A stretch of DNA of 63,346 bases, taken from assembly GCA_017992455.1 (NCBI GenBank), contig JAGOOP010000008.1, forward strand, positions 1 through 63,346, in the 5' to 3' direction. The position numbers and the translations under genes are program-made. Shown here piece after piece: positions 1 to 8,965 of this stretch. The notes under the pieces were generated by a model that searched no databases, had not been told where the DNA came from, and worked only from the letters and a program-made list of their open reading frames with translations. Origin of the DNA: Candidatus Omnitrophota bacterium. GTDB taxonomy: Bacteria; Omnitrophota; Gorgyraeia; Gygaellales; Profunditerraquicolaceae. Within the stretch, counting starts at the first letter, position 1. Each line of letters begins with the position of its first letter.

Positions 1-524
1 ATGCGGGGATCATGACCGATACGGGATCGTTCCGGTATTCGAACACCACGGCAACGACCCATGCCATCGCCGCGGAGCTGGTTGCGGCGGGCATCGACGT
101 ATCGGCGGTATACCGCAATATTTACGGGAATATCCCGTATGACGACCTGAAACTGCTTGCGTCGATATTGCCGACCATGCAGCGCTCTCCGGACGGCAGG
201 ATCGTCTGGTTCGAGATCCGCAAAGAGGTCCTCAAAAAACAAAAAAAGATATATTTCGACCTGGGCGAGAACATCCTGAATTACGGCCGCAGCCTCAAGG
301 GCGCGGAAGCGGTGATCCTTTTCAAGGAGAATATATCGTCGAAGAACGAGGTGCGCGTTAATTTCCGTTCGCACGGGGCGATCGACGTGAATGCGATCGC
401 AAAGGCTTTCGGCGGCGGCGGCCACCGGACCGCAAGCGGCGCGACGGTCGCCGGAGCGCTCTCGCGCGTCAAACGCGCCGTTCTCGCCGTTGCCAGAAAA
501 TCGTTCAATGCACGTCATCCGTGA
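1..524 (+). CDS. nrnA: DHH/DHHA1-family phosphoesterase (NrnA-like oligoribonuclease/pAp phosphatase), C-terminal part; 5' end lies outside the window
   Basis: The frame is open from nt 3. It shows 'GIMTDTGSFRYSNT' and the DHHA1 signature 'GGGGHRTASGA'. Confidence 0.6.
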   Translation, partial: AGIMTDTGSFRYSNTTATTHAIAAELVAAGIDVSAVYRNIYGNIPYDDLKLLASILPTMQRSPDGRIVWFEIRKEVLKKQKKIYFDLGENILNYGRSLKGAEAVILFKENISSKNEVRVNFRSHGAIDVNAIAKAFGGGGHRTASGATVAGALSRVKRAVLAVARKSFNARHP

Positions 525-1410
525 CATCAGGCATATCCGCGCGCGCCGCGGCACGGTCCTGGCCATCGGCGTTTTCGACGGCATGCACCGGGCCCACCGG
601 CTCATCATCAATGCGTGCGTGCGCCGCGCGCGGCGCATTGGCGGATGCGCGGTCGTTATCACGTTCTGGCCACATCCCCGCGGACAGAAGATCCTGTATT
701 CGCTCGAGCACCGGCTGCGGCTGCTTTCGCATCTGGGCGTGGATGCGTGTATCGTCGTTCCGTTCACCGGGGCCTTTTCCCGCCTGAGCCCGCGCGCGTT
801 CGTCGAGGATATCATCTGCCGCCGTGTGAACGCCCGCGCCGTATATGTAGGGGAGAATTTCCGTTTCGGCAGAAACGCGTCCGGCGATGCGGTTCTGTTG
901 TCGCAATTGCTCAAAGCCCGTCATGTCGCGGTGCGCATTTTCAAGACGATAAAGGTCAACGGCTCCCCCGTCAGCAGTTCGCATATACGCCGTTTGATAT
1001 CCGCAGGCGACCTGGCTGCCGCGCGGAGACTGCTTTGTGCGCCGGTGGGCGTGTACGGCCACGTCGTGGCCGGTACCGGCAGAGGCAGTGAACTCGGTTT
1101 CCCCACGGCGAACATCGACCCTCATCACGAAGTGACCCCTCCCGCGGGCGTCTATGCGGTGCGGGTTTTCTATGACGGCACAAGCGGCAAAGGCGTATGT
1201 TATATCGGTACCCGCCCGACGTTCGATCCGCGCCGCATTGAGCCTGTCGTCGAGGTCCATATTTTCGGTTTTCACGGGGACCTGTACGGCAAATATCTCG
1301 AAGCTCAATTCATTGCAAAAGTCCGCGGCCAGCGCGCATTCCCATCGATCAGCCGCCTGATCAGCCAGATCGAACGCGATATCCGCAAGGCAAAAAAACT
1401 CCTCGGATAA
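508..1410 (+). CDS. ribF: Bifunctional riboflavin kinase / FAD synthetase
   Basis: An internal ATG at 508 gives 'MHVIRDIRH..LAIGVFDGMHRAHR'. 'GENFRFG', 'ISSSHIR' and a C-terminal kinase part 'GFPTANI' are present. The upstream Arg-rich extension of the listed ORF overlaps nrnA. Confidence 0.85.
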   Translation: MHVIRDIRHIRARRGTVLAIGVFDGMHRAHRLIINACVRRARRIGGCAVVITFWPHPRGQKILYSLEHRLRLLSHLGVDACIVVPFTGAFSRLSPRAFVEDIICRRVNARAVYVGENFRFGRNASGDAVLLSQLLKARHVAVRIFKTIKVNGSPVSSSHIRRLISAGDLAAARRLLCAPVGVYGHVVAGTGRGSELGFPTANIDPHHEVTPPAGVYAVRVFYDGTSGKGVCYIGTRPTFDPRRIEPVVEVHIFGFHGDLYGKYLEAQFIAKVRGQRAFPSISRLISQIERDIRKAKKLLG

Positions 1411-1493
1411 TCCCTTCCTACCACTACCGGCCAACCATCCCGCCAGGCATACCACTAAATGTTGTATGTCAACAATTTAAGCTAATATTTGTC

Positions 1494-1521
1494 TTGACAA
1501 AAATGCCTTTTATTCTAAAAT
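1494..1521 (+). promoter_or_regulatory. Sigma70-type promoter of the dcw/mra operon (TTGACA-16 nt-TAAAAT)
   Basis: TTGACA lies at 1494-1499 and TAAAAT at 1516-1521, in the AT-rich gap before mraZ. Confidence 0.5.
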
Positions 1522-1533
1522 TAAGCATATCAG

Positions 1534-1558
1534 GTGGGGAAAAGTGGAGTAAAGTGGA
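1534..1558 (+). promoter_or_regulatory. Putative MraZ operator: three direct GTGG(G/A) boxes with 10-nt phasing
   Basis: GTGGG starts at 1534, GTGGA at 1544 and GTGGA at 1554 (context AAAGTGG). They lie between the promoter and the mraZ ATG. Confidence 0.55.
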
Positions 1559-1999
1559 ATGTTCTACGGAGAATTTTTTCACTCAATAGACCGGAAAGGC
1601 CGTCTTATCCTTCCGTCAAAATTCCGCGAAGCGGCCAAGGCCAACTTCGTCGAGAAATTCTTTGTGACGCGGGGATTGGATACGTGCCTTTTCATGTTCT
1701 CTGAAGAAGAGTGGCGCAGCCAGGAAACAAAGTTCAAGGCCATGCCGTTCACGAAGCAGGAATCGCGCGTTTTCAACCGTTTGTATTTTTCGGGCGCGGT
1801 CGATGTCATCCCCGACCGGCAGGGCAGGATACTTCTGCCGCAGTTCCAGAAGGATTACGCGCAGATAAAGAAGGATGTCGTGATCGTCGGGGTTTCGAAC
1901 AGGATCGAGATCTGGGGCGCGGAAAAATGGAAGGAATTCTTCGGCACGTGGAAGCAGTCGTTCGAGGAGATCGCCGAAAAACTGGTTGAAACCCAATAA
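1559..1999 (+). CDS. mraZ: Transcriptional regulator MraZ
   Basis: 'FYGEFFHSIDRKGRLILPSKFRE' and a second SpoVT/AbrB-like half 'DRQGRILLPQ' are present. It is the first gene of the dcw cluster. Confidence 0.9.
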   Translation: MFYGEFFHSIDRKGRLILPSKFREAAKANFVEKFFVTRGLDTCLFMFSEEEWRSQETKFKAMPFTKQESRVFNRLYFSGAVDVIPDRQGRILLPQFQKDYAQIKKDVVIVGVSNRIEIWGAEKWKEFFGTWKQSFEEIAEKLVETQ

Positions 2000-2907
2000 T
2001 GGTCATCATGACAGAACAATTACATACGCCGGTCATGCTCGAAGAGGTCCTTGCCTATCTTAATCCCGGGCCGGGAAAGGTGATCGTCGACGCCACGGTC
2101 GGCATGGGAGGGCATGCGCTCGAGATCGCCCGGCGCATATCTCCGTCGGGCAGGCTCATCGCCATAGACCGCGACAAGGAGTCCCTGGAACACGCGCAGG
2201 AGCGGCTCAAGGATTTCAGCGCCATCGCAGAGTTCGTATACGGTAATTTCTCCGATATACAGGAGATCGTAAAGCGGTTGCATATCGATGCGATCGATGG
2301 TATAGTGCTTGACCTGGGAGTATCGATGTTCCAGCTGACGCAGGCGGAACGAGGTTTCAGCTTTACGCGCGAAGGACCGCTTGACATGCGGCTTGACCGT
2401 AACAGCTACATTTCGGCGTATGACCTGGTGAACAATCTGAACGAGGACGAGATCTCGAACCTGCTCTGGTCGTTCGGGCAGGAACGGTGGCACAACCGTA
2501 TCGCGCACCGGCTTGTCGAAGAGCGCCGGAAACAGCCGATCGCGACGACCGCCCAGTTGAGCGATATCGTCATGCGGGCGATCCCGCCGCGTTTCAGGAG
2601 ATACCATTACCGGATACATCCGGCCACCAGGACCTTCCAGGCCGTCCGCATCGCCGTCAACCGGGAGCTTGAGGCGCTCGAACAGGTCCTGGCCAGGGCG
2701 ATACCGCTTCTTGCGCCGGGAGGCAGGATCTGCGTTATCGCGTTCCATTCGCTTGAGGACCGGGCGGTCAAGTGGGCGTTCCGCACGGCCGCGGCCGAGG
2801 GGCTCGTAAAGATCCTTACTCCCAAACCGTTGACGCCGTCGGAGGAAGAGATGCGGGTGAATCCTTCGAGCCGCAGTTCGAAATTCAGGGCAGTGGAGAA
2901 AATATGA
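1999..2907 (+). CDS. rsmH: 16S rRNA (cytosine1402-N4)-methyltransferase RsmH
   Basis: 'HTPVMLEEVL', 'DATVGMGGHA', 'DLGVSMFQL' and 'FHSLEDR' are present. Its start overlaps the mraZ stop (TAATG). Confidence 0.9.
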   Translation: MVIMTEQLHTPVMLEEVLAYLNPGPGKVIVDATVGMGGHALEIARRISPSGRLIAIDRDKESLEHAQERLKDFSAIAEFVYGNFSDIQEIVKRLHIDAIDGIVLDLGVSMFQLTQAERGFSFTREGPLDMRLDRNSYISAYDLVNNLNEDEISNLLWSFGQERWHNRIAHRLVEERRKQPIATTAQLSDIVMRAIPPRFRRYHYRIHPATRTFQAVRIAVNRELEALEQVLARAIPLLAPGGRICVIAFHSLEDRAVKWAFRTAAAEGLVKILTPKPLTPSEEEMRVNPSSRSSKFRAVEKI

Positions 2908-3269
2908 GATTATCCAGGTTCATGGCCGTCTCGGTGTCGGTTACGCTGTTGTCGCTCGTCTATGTCTGGCAGCAGAATGAGATCCTGCGCCTGGCATACG
3001 AGCGCCAGAAGCATTATACGTATTTTCAGGATTTGCTTGATGCGAATTCCTCTTTGCGCTATAATCTAACTCGGAATACCTCTGTGATCACAATGGCCGG
3101 CAGGATGTCAGAGGAGCACGGTTTTACGATGCCCGATAATTATTGCCTGGTGAAGGTGCAGGGATATTCTCGTCGGAAACAGACACTCGTGTCCCGGGTG
3201 TTCGGGATCAGGCGCCAGGCAGAAGCAAAGACCATCGATACCGCTGTCCGGTCTCTCCCCCGGGATTAA
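2904..3269 (+). CDS. Small single-pass membrane protein in the FtsL position
   Basis: The ATG at 2904 overlaps the rsmH stop (ATGA). It has an N-terminal TM segment 'FMAVSVSVTLLSLVYVW' followed by a short coiled region. The call rests on position only. Confidence 0.5.
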   Translation: MRLSRFMAVSVSVTLLSLVYVWQQNEILRLAYERQKHYTYFQDLLDANSSLRYNLTRNTSVITMAGRMSEEHGFTMPDNYCLVKVQGYSRRKQTLVSRVFGIRRQAEAKTIDTAVRSLPRD

Positions 3270-3295
3270 CGGGGAGACATTAACTTAAAACTCGT

Positions 3296-5011
3296 GTGTA
3301 TATAGTCAATTATCGCCGCAGGGTTGAAGCGGTATTTTGCGCCGTCCTTATATTTTTTATCGCGTGTTTAGCCCGCCTTTTATACGTCCAGTTCTTCAAC
3401 GCGGATTATCTGGCTTCCATCGCCCAAAAGCAGCACAATCTTTACGTAGAGCTTGAACCCCGCCGCGGCACCATCTATGACTCGAATTACAAACCTCAGG
3501 CCGTGAATCTCGCGTTCGAATCGGTTTTTGCCGCGCCCAACGATATGACGCCCGGGCAGAAGGAAGCGGTCGTGCGCGGCCTGCCCGGCATATTGCGGAT
3601 GGACGCGTCTGTTCTTCGCGACAGGTTGTCCCGCAAAAAATCCTTCGTATGGCTTGCCCGGAAAGTTCCGTCGGAAAAGATCGGTCTGATCAAGCAGCTC
3701 AATCTGAAAGGGCTCGGTTTTATCAAGGAAAGCAAGCGCTGTTATCCCAACGGCTATCTGTTAAGCCATGTGCTCGGTTTTGCCGGTATGGATAACAACG
3801 GCCTCGAAGGCATTGAACTGTGCTATGATAAATATCTCAAGGGCAGGCCCGGCTGGGCGGTGATGCTGCGCGACGCCCGGAGGCAAAGGCTTAACGTATA
3901 CGATAATTCCATGATGCCCAGGGACGGCTACGATATCGTCCTTACGATCGACGAGGTCATCCAGTATATCGCCGAGAGGGAGCTGGAAGCGGTATTCCGC
4001 AAGTACCGCGCCAAAGGCGCTAGCATCGTCGTCATGGACCCGCGCACCGGCGCGGTCCTTGCAATGGCCAACCGTCCGACCTATGATCTTAATGTCCTGG
4101 ACAAGCTTGATAAGGACGTGATGCGCAACCGTGCCGTCTGCGACATGTTCGAGCCCGGTTCCGTGTTCAAGATCGTGACTGCAGCGGCGGCGCTCGAGGA
4201 AAAAAAAGTGAGCGAGATGACGCCTTTTTTCTGCGAGAACGGAGAATACAAGGTCGCCGGCCGCATCCTGCACGACCACCGGCCGCACGGCACGCTTCCT
4301 TTCAAGGAGGTCATCGAGCTTTCGAGTAATATCGGCACCGCGAAGGTGGCGCAGCTTCTGGGAGCCGATATGTTATACCGGTATGTCAAAGCATTCGGCT
4401 TCGGCTCGAAAACGGGCATCGACATACCCGGGGAGATCTCCGGATCCATGAAGCCGACCCGGCAATGGTCCAAGACCACGATCACCTGCGTTCCGATGGG
4501 CCAGGAGGTCGGGGTAACGTCTCTGCAGCTTGCGGCCGGGATATCGGTCATCGCCAACGGCGGCAATCTGATGAAACCGTATATCATCAAAGAAATACGC
4601 GATAAGACAGGGGATATGATAAAATATACAAGCCCTTCAGTGGTGAAACGCGTCATCGATGAAGATACCGCGGCGCGGATGAAAAAGATCCTTATCGGGG
4701 TGATCGAGAACGGGACGGGCACAATGGGGAAACTCGATCATTTTACCGCAGCCGGCAAAACCGGCACTGCGCAGAAGGTCGAGCCGTCGGGCCAGTATTC
4801 GCACAGCCGTTTTATGGCGTCGTTCATAGGATTTGCGCCCGCGGAGGATCCTCAGCTGGCGATCGCGGTGACCGTCGATGAGCCGAAAGGGATGTATTAC
4901 GGCGGAGTCGTCGCCGCTCCGGTGTTCAAGAACGTCGCGGCGGACAGCCTGAAATATCTGCGGACCAAGGATTATTCCGGGGGAGCGCTTGCTTTATATG
5001 AGACTCGATGA
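3296..5011 (+). CDS. ftsI: Penicillin-binding protein 3 / peptidoglycan D,D-transpeptidase FtsI
   Basis: It has an N-terminal TM segment, transpeptidase motifs 'SVFK', 'SSN' and 'KTGT', and the expected dcw position. The start codon is GTG. Confidence 0.85.
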   Translation: MYIVNYRRRVEAVFCAVLIFFIACLARLLYVQFFNADYLASIAQKQHNLYVELEPRRGTIYDSNYKPQAVNLAFESVFAAPNDMTPGQKEAVVRGLPGILRMDASVLRDRLSRKKSFVWLARKVPSEKIGLIKQLNLKGLGFIKESKRCYPNGYLLSHVLGFAGMDNNGLEGIELCYDKYLKGRPGWAVMLRDARRQRLNVYDNSMMPRDGYDIVLTIDEVIQYIAERELEAVFRKYRAKGASIVVMDPRTGAVLAMANRPTYDLNVLDKLDKDVMRNRAVCDMFEPGSVFKIVTAAAALEEKKVSEMTPFFCENGEYKVAGRILHDHRPHGTLPFKEVIELSSNIGTAKVAQLLGADMLYRYVKAFGFGSKTGIDIPGEISGSMKPTRQWSKTTITCVPMGQEVGVTSLQLAAGISVIANGGNLMKPYIIKEIRDKTGDMIKYTSPSVVKRVIDEDTAARMKKILIGVIENGTGTMGKLDHFTAAGKTGTAQKVEPSGQYSHSRFMASFIGFAPAEDPQLAIAVTVDEPKGMYYGGVVAAPVFKNVAADSLKYLRTKDYSGGALALYETR

Positions 5012-6500
5012 GCTTGTCAGTCGGTTAGAGATACTGCGCATATACGCGCCCGGCAGAAAGGGATCTGGAATTCCCTGTTGCGCTGTTACGGCGATAAGCT
5101 GTAATTCGCGGGAGATCCAGCGGGACGCTGTTTTTGTCGCGGTCAAAGGCGCTCAAACCGACGGACACGCGTTCATTCAGGATGCGCTGCGCCGCGGCGC
5201 GCGGGCGATCGTGTTCGATAACGGCAGGCGGGTCGAGCCCCTGGTGAACGGACGGACAGAAGGGGAAGGGGAGGCCGTTTTAATCCAGGTCGCCGACAGC
5301 CGCAGGGCTCTTGTTGCGCTCGCAGAAGCGTTTTACGGATATCCCTCGAAAGCGTTGTCCGTGACCGGGATCACCGGCACCAACGGCAAAACCACGATAT
5401 CCTATCTGATCGAAGCGATCGTGCGGCAGGCAGGCGGCAATCCGGCCGTGATCGGCACGGTCAATTACCGGTATAACGACAGGGTCATCGAATCGGTCAA
5501 TACCACGCCCGGTCCGGTCCAGCTCCAGCGTCTTTTCAGGGAGATGGCAGACGGAAATGTCACCCATCTGGCAATGGAAGTCTCTTCGCATGCTCTGGAT
5601 CAGGACCGCGTTGCGGGCATTTGTTTCTCAAGCGCGATATTCACGAACCTTACGCAGGATCATCTTGATTACCATAACGGGCTGGAAGATTATTTTCGCG
5701 CGAAGGCCAAGCTGTTCGCCGGCCTTGAATCCGGGGCATACGCGGTCATAAATCTCGACGACCAATACGGCCGGAGGCTTGTGCAGTCGGGCAGGGGCAA
5801 AGTCGTCACCTACGGTCTTGATGCCGCCGCGCAGATTTCTGCGCGGGATATCGTCATGGATACCGATCACACGCAGTTTATGCTCTGCGGCTGCGATCAA
5901 CCGGTCGTGATGAAGACTCCTCTCATAGGCAGGCACAATGTTTACAATGTCCTTGCGGCTGCTGCGTGGGCGCTGCAGTCCGGGATACCGGCGGCCGCCA
6001 TCAAAAACGCTCTCGAGCGGTTTACCGCGGTGCCGGGCAGGCTTGAGCGCATCGACGGCCGGGGCGGCGTGCGGATATTCGTCGACTATGCGCACACGCC
6101 CGACGCGCTGTCCAATGTCATCAACACGCTCCGGCCGATCGCGGCAAGAAAGATCATCGTGGTTTTCGGCTGCGGGGGCGACCGGGACCGGACCAAACGG
6201 CCGGTGATGGGGAAGGTGGTTGCCGAGTTATCCGATCATGCGGTGATCACCAGTGATAATCCCCGTTCGGAAGACCCCGGCGAGATCATCGAAGATATAA
6301 CCCGCGGTATCTCAAAGACGAATTATACCGTTGTTCCCGACCGGACCGCTGCCATTCGGACCGCTCTGTCCATGGGCGGGGAAGGGGATGTCGTGCTTAT
6401 AGCGGGCAAAGGCCATGAGACGTACCAGATCATGAAAGACGAAGTTCTTCATTTTGACGACCGGGAGGTTGTTCGGGAATGTTTACGATCACTGAACTGA
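4998..6500 (+). CDS. murE: UDP-N-acetylmuramoyl-L-alanyl-D-glutamate--2,6-diaminopimelate ligase
   Basis: 'GITGTNGKTT' P-loop, 'DNPR' and 'GKGHE' are present. The ATG at 4998 is preferred (alternative TTG at 4989). Confidence 0.85.
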   Translation: MRLDELVSRLEILRIYAPGRKGSGIPCCAVTAISCNSREIQRDAVFVAVKGAQTDGHAFIQDALRRGARAIVFDNGRRVEPLVNGRTEGEGEAVLIQVADSRRALVALAEAFYGYPSKALSVTGITGTNGKTTISYLIEAIVRQAGGNPAVIGTVNYRYNDRVIESVNTTPGPVQLQRLFREMADGNVTHLAMEVSSHALDQDRVAGICFSSAIFTNLTQDHLDYHNGLEDYFRAKAKLFAGLESGAYAVINLDDQYGRRLVQSGRGKVVTYGLDAAAQISARDIVMDTDHTQFMLCGCDQPVVMKTPLIGRHNVYNVLAAAAWALQSGIPAAAIKNALERFTAVPGRLERIDGRGGVRIFVDYAHTPDALSNVINTLRPIAARKIIVVFGCGGDRDRTKRPVMGKVVAELSDHAVITSDNPRSEDPGEIIEDITRGISKTNYTVVPDRTAAIRTALSMGGEGDVVLIAGKGHETYQIMKDEVLHFDDREVVRECLRSLN

Positions 6501-7843
6501 CCAATGCGGCCGGCGGCCGGGTCATTGCAAGCGGTTTCGGCGCGAATGTGAGGTCGGTTTCGACCGATTCACGCACTATCGGGCCCGATGAAGCTTTTTG
6601 CGCTATCAGGGGAGAGAATTTCGACGGCCACGATTTCATCCTGCAGGCGGTCCGCAGAGGGGCCGGCTGCGTTATCGCCGAGAACGGCCGGTGCATCGAT
6701 GCCGGCACGGGCGTGACCGTCATCGAAGTGCCGGATACCGTCAAGGCCTACGGCGCCATTGCGCGTTTTCACCGGCGGCGTTTCAATATCCCCGTGATCG
6801 GGATCACCGGCTCAAACGGCAAGACGACGACAAAGGATATGCTTGCCCGGATACTGTCGGCGAAATATGCGACGCTCAAGAGCGAGGGGACACGGAACAA
6901 TCATATCGGCGTGCCGGCGACCTTGCTGCAATTGGGCCCTTCCCATACGTGCGCCGTGATAGAGTTCGGGACGAACCATCCCGGGGAGATCGCGTATCTG
7001 TCGGGAATATGCGAGCCTACCATGGCGATCATCACCAACGTCGGCCCGTCCCACCTGGAATATTTCAGGGATCTTGCAGGCGTGTACAGGGAAAAAGCTG
7101 ATATATTGGGCTCGAGCCCCGGGCTGCGCGCCGCTTTTTTGAATGCCGACGACCGCATGTTGCGGAAAAGGCTGGCGCGCAGGACGAGTATGCCGCTGTG
7201 TATCGGTTTCGGTATCAGCAACCCGTGCGATTTCAGGGCGCGCGACGTCAAGAATGACGCACGGGGTTTTTGTTTCTCCATGCACCGGAGCGCATCGATC
7301 CGGCTGTCAACGCCCGGCGAATGCAATGTTTACAATGCGCTTGCCGCCGTTGCCGTCAGCCGCGTGCTCGGCATGAGCTACCCGGTGATCGCCGCGAGGC
7401 TCAAGGATTTCGTTTTTCCGCGGGGCAGGCTCACCATGCGCACCGTGGAAGATGTCCGGTTTATAGACGATTCGTATAATGCCAATCCCCGGTCTATGGC
7501 GCAGGCGCTTGACGCATTGCGCAGATCAGCCGTCGAAGGAGGCAGGCGGGTGCTCGTGATGGGGGATATGCTCGAGCTCGGCCCCGGGACCGAACGGTTC
7601 CATCGCGATGCAGGCAGGCGTGCTGCCGGCTCATGCGATGTGTTCATCGCGGTCGGCAGGCACAGCGCGCTCGCTGCGAACGCGGCGCTTTCCCGGGGGT
7701 TCGAGAGGGTAAATGTTTTTTCCTGCGAAACGCCCGCGCAAGCACGGGACATCCTGTATAAGACGGTTGCTGTCAGGAAGAACGATGTCGTGCTCGTCAA
7801 GGGTTCCCGCGGCATGAAGCTTGAACAGATCATCGAGCCTTAA
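6479..7843 (+). CDS. murF: UDP-N-acetylmuramoyl-tripeptide--D-alanyl-D-alanine ligase
   Basis: 'GITGSNGKTTTK' and 'DDSYNANP' are present. Gene order supports the call. Confidence 0.85.
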   Translation: MFTITELTNAAGGRVIASGFGANVRSVSTDSRTIGPDEAFCAIRGENFDGHDFILQAVRRGAGCVIAENGRCIDAGTGVTVIEVPDTVKAYGAIARFHRRRFNIPVIGITGSNGKTTTKDMLARILSAKYATLKSEGTRNNHIGVPATLLQLGPSHTCAVIEFGTNHPGEIAYLSGICEPTMAIITNVGPSHLEYFRDLAGVYREKADILGSSPGLRAAFLNADDRMLRKRLARRTSMPLCIGFGISNPCDFRARDVKNDARGFCFSMHRSASIRLSTPGECNVYNALAAVAVSRVLGMSYPVIAARLKDFVFPRGRLTMRTVEDVRFIDDSYNANPRSMAQALDALRRSAVEGGRRVLVMGDMLELGPGTERFHRDAGRRAAGSCDVFIAVGRHSALAANAALSRGFERVNVFSCETPAQARDILYKTVAVRKNDVVLVKGSRGMKLEQIIEP

Positions 7844-7864
7844 TAAAGGAAGACTGCTCCTCTT

Positions 7865-8956
7865 ATGTGGTATTATCTGCTGTATCCGTTCCGCGATCTT
7901 CTGAATTTTCTGAATATCCTGCGGTATATAACGTTCCGCGCCAGCATGGCGGCATTGACGGCATTCGTCCTTGTCCTGGTGTTCGGGCCCGCAATCATCC
8001 GCACGCTCAAACATCTGCATATCGGCCAGAACGTCCGGGAGCGCAGAGTGAGCGAGAAATTGAACGACCTCCACAAGTCCAAGCAGGGGACGCCGACCAT
8101 GGGAGGAATATTCATCCTGATCGCGATCATCCTTTCAACCCTGTTCTGGGCGGAGCTGACGAATAAGTTCATACTGCTGGCGCTGTCCGGCACGGTGTGG
8201 CTGGGCATCACGGGATTCATGGACGATTATCTCAAGGTCGTCAAAAAATGTTCCAAAGGCCTGACCGCGTCCGCAAAATTCACCAGCCAGATCGTTCTGG
8301 GCCTTATCATAGGTATCATCCTGTATCTTGACCCGTCCAATAGCACGAATCTCGACCTTCCGTTCCTCAAGGAGGTGTCGATCGAACTGGGTATTTTTTA
8401 TATCATCTTCGTGATCGTAGTCATTACCGGCTCTTCGAATGCGGTCAACCTGACCGACGGGCTTGACGGCCTTGCCATCGGCACGACCGTGTTCGCGTCT
8501 ATCGCGTTCGCGGTGCTGTGCTACGTTTCGGGGAACATCAAGATCAGCGAATATCTGCTGATCCCTTTCATAAACGGCAGCGGGGAATTGACCGTGTTCT
8601 GCGCCAGCATCATCGGCGCGGGGCTGGGTTTTTTGTGGTTCAATTGTTACCCCGCAGCGGTGTTCATGGGGGATGTCGGAGCCCTTGCGCTCGGAGGAGC
8701 GCTCGGCATCGTGGCTGTTCTGATCAAAAAAGAGCTTCTGTTGGTCCTGGTCGGCGGGGTTTTCGTCATTGAAGCGTTGTCGGTGATCCTGCAGGTCGCT
8801 TCGTTCAGGTTCACGGGCAAACGCCTGTTCAAATGTTCGCCGCTGCATCATCATTTCCAGTTCATCGGCTGGTCGGAGAACCAGATCATTGTCAGGTTCT
8901 GGATCATCGCCAGCCTTCTGGCGTTGCTGACGCTGGTGACATTGAAGATCCGTTAG
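7865..8956 (+). CDS. mraY: Phospho-N-acetylmuramoyl-pentapeptide transferase
   Basis: Polytopic membrane protein with 'GTPTMGG', 'NAVNLTDGLDGLA' and 'HHHF'. Confidence 0.9.
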   Translation: MWYYLLYPFRDLLNFLNILRYITFRASMAALTAFVLVLVFGPAIIRTLKHLHIGQNVRERRVSEKLNDLHKSKQGTPTMGGIFILIAIILSTLFWAELTNKFILLALSGTVWLGITGFMDDYLKVVKKCSKGLTASAKFTSQIVLGLIIGIILYLDPSNSTNLDLPFLKEVSIELGIFYIIFVIVVITGSSNAVNLTDGLDGLAIGTTVFASIAFAVLCYVSGNIKISEYLLIPFINGSGELTVFCASIIGAGLGFLWFNCYPAAVFMGDVGALALGGALGIVAVLIKKELLLVLVGGVFVIEALSVILQVASFRFTGKRLFKCSPLHHHFQFIGWSENQIIVRFWIIASLLALLTLVTLKIR

Positions 8957-8965
8957 AAAGGTCCC

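Noticed and set aside
391-507. N-terminal extensions of listed ORFs: ribF from 391, murC from 12251, ddl from 14294, mtnP from 19017, lspA from 23223, rluD from 23723, mreD from 28657, mrdA from 28986, rodA from 30983, the 32209 gene from 31813, HD-GYP from 40163, and the large protein from 51436.
   Set aside because: The extensions overlap the preceding gene in another frame and are Arg-rich nonsense. Internal ATGs give canonical N-termini and ATGA/TAATG-type coupling with the upstream stop.
505-1455. Long minus-strand ORF (316 aa) antisense to ribF. Similar long antisense or out-of-frame ORFs occur throughout the block, for example 2020-2748, 8135-8854, 11244-11939, 11356-12210, 15161-16705, 20928-22502, 23807-24607, 31247-31984, 33980-34966, 36728-38392 and 38764-40065.
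   Set aside because: The translations are Arg/Pro/Gly/Ala-rich and low in complexity, with no recognisable motifs. They lie opposite genes with strong family signatures. This is the expected stop-codon-poor antisense frame in GC-rich DNA.
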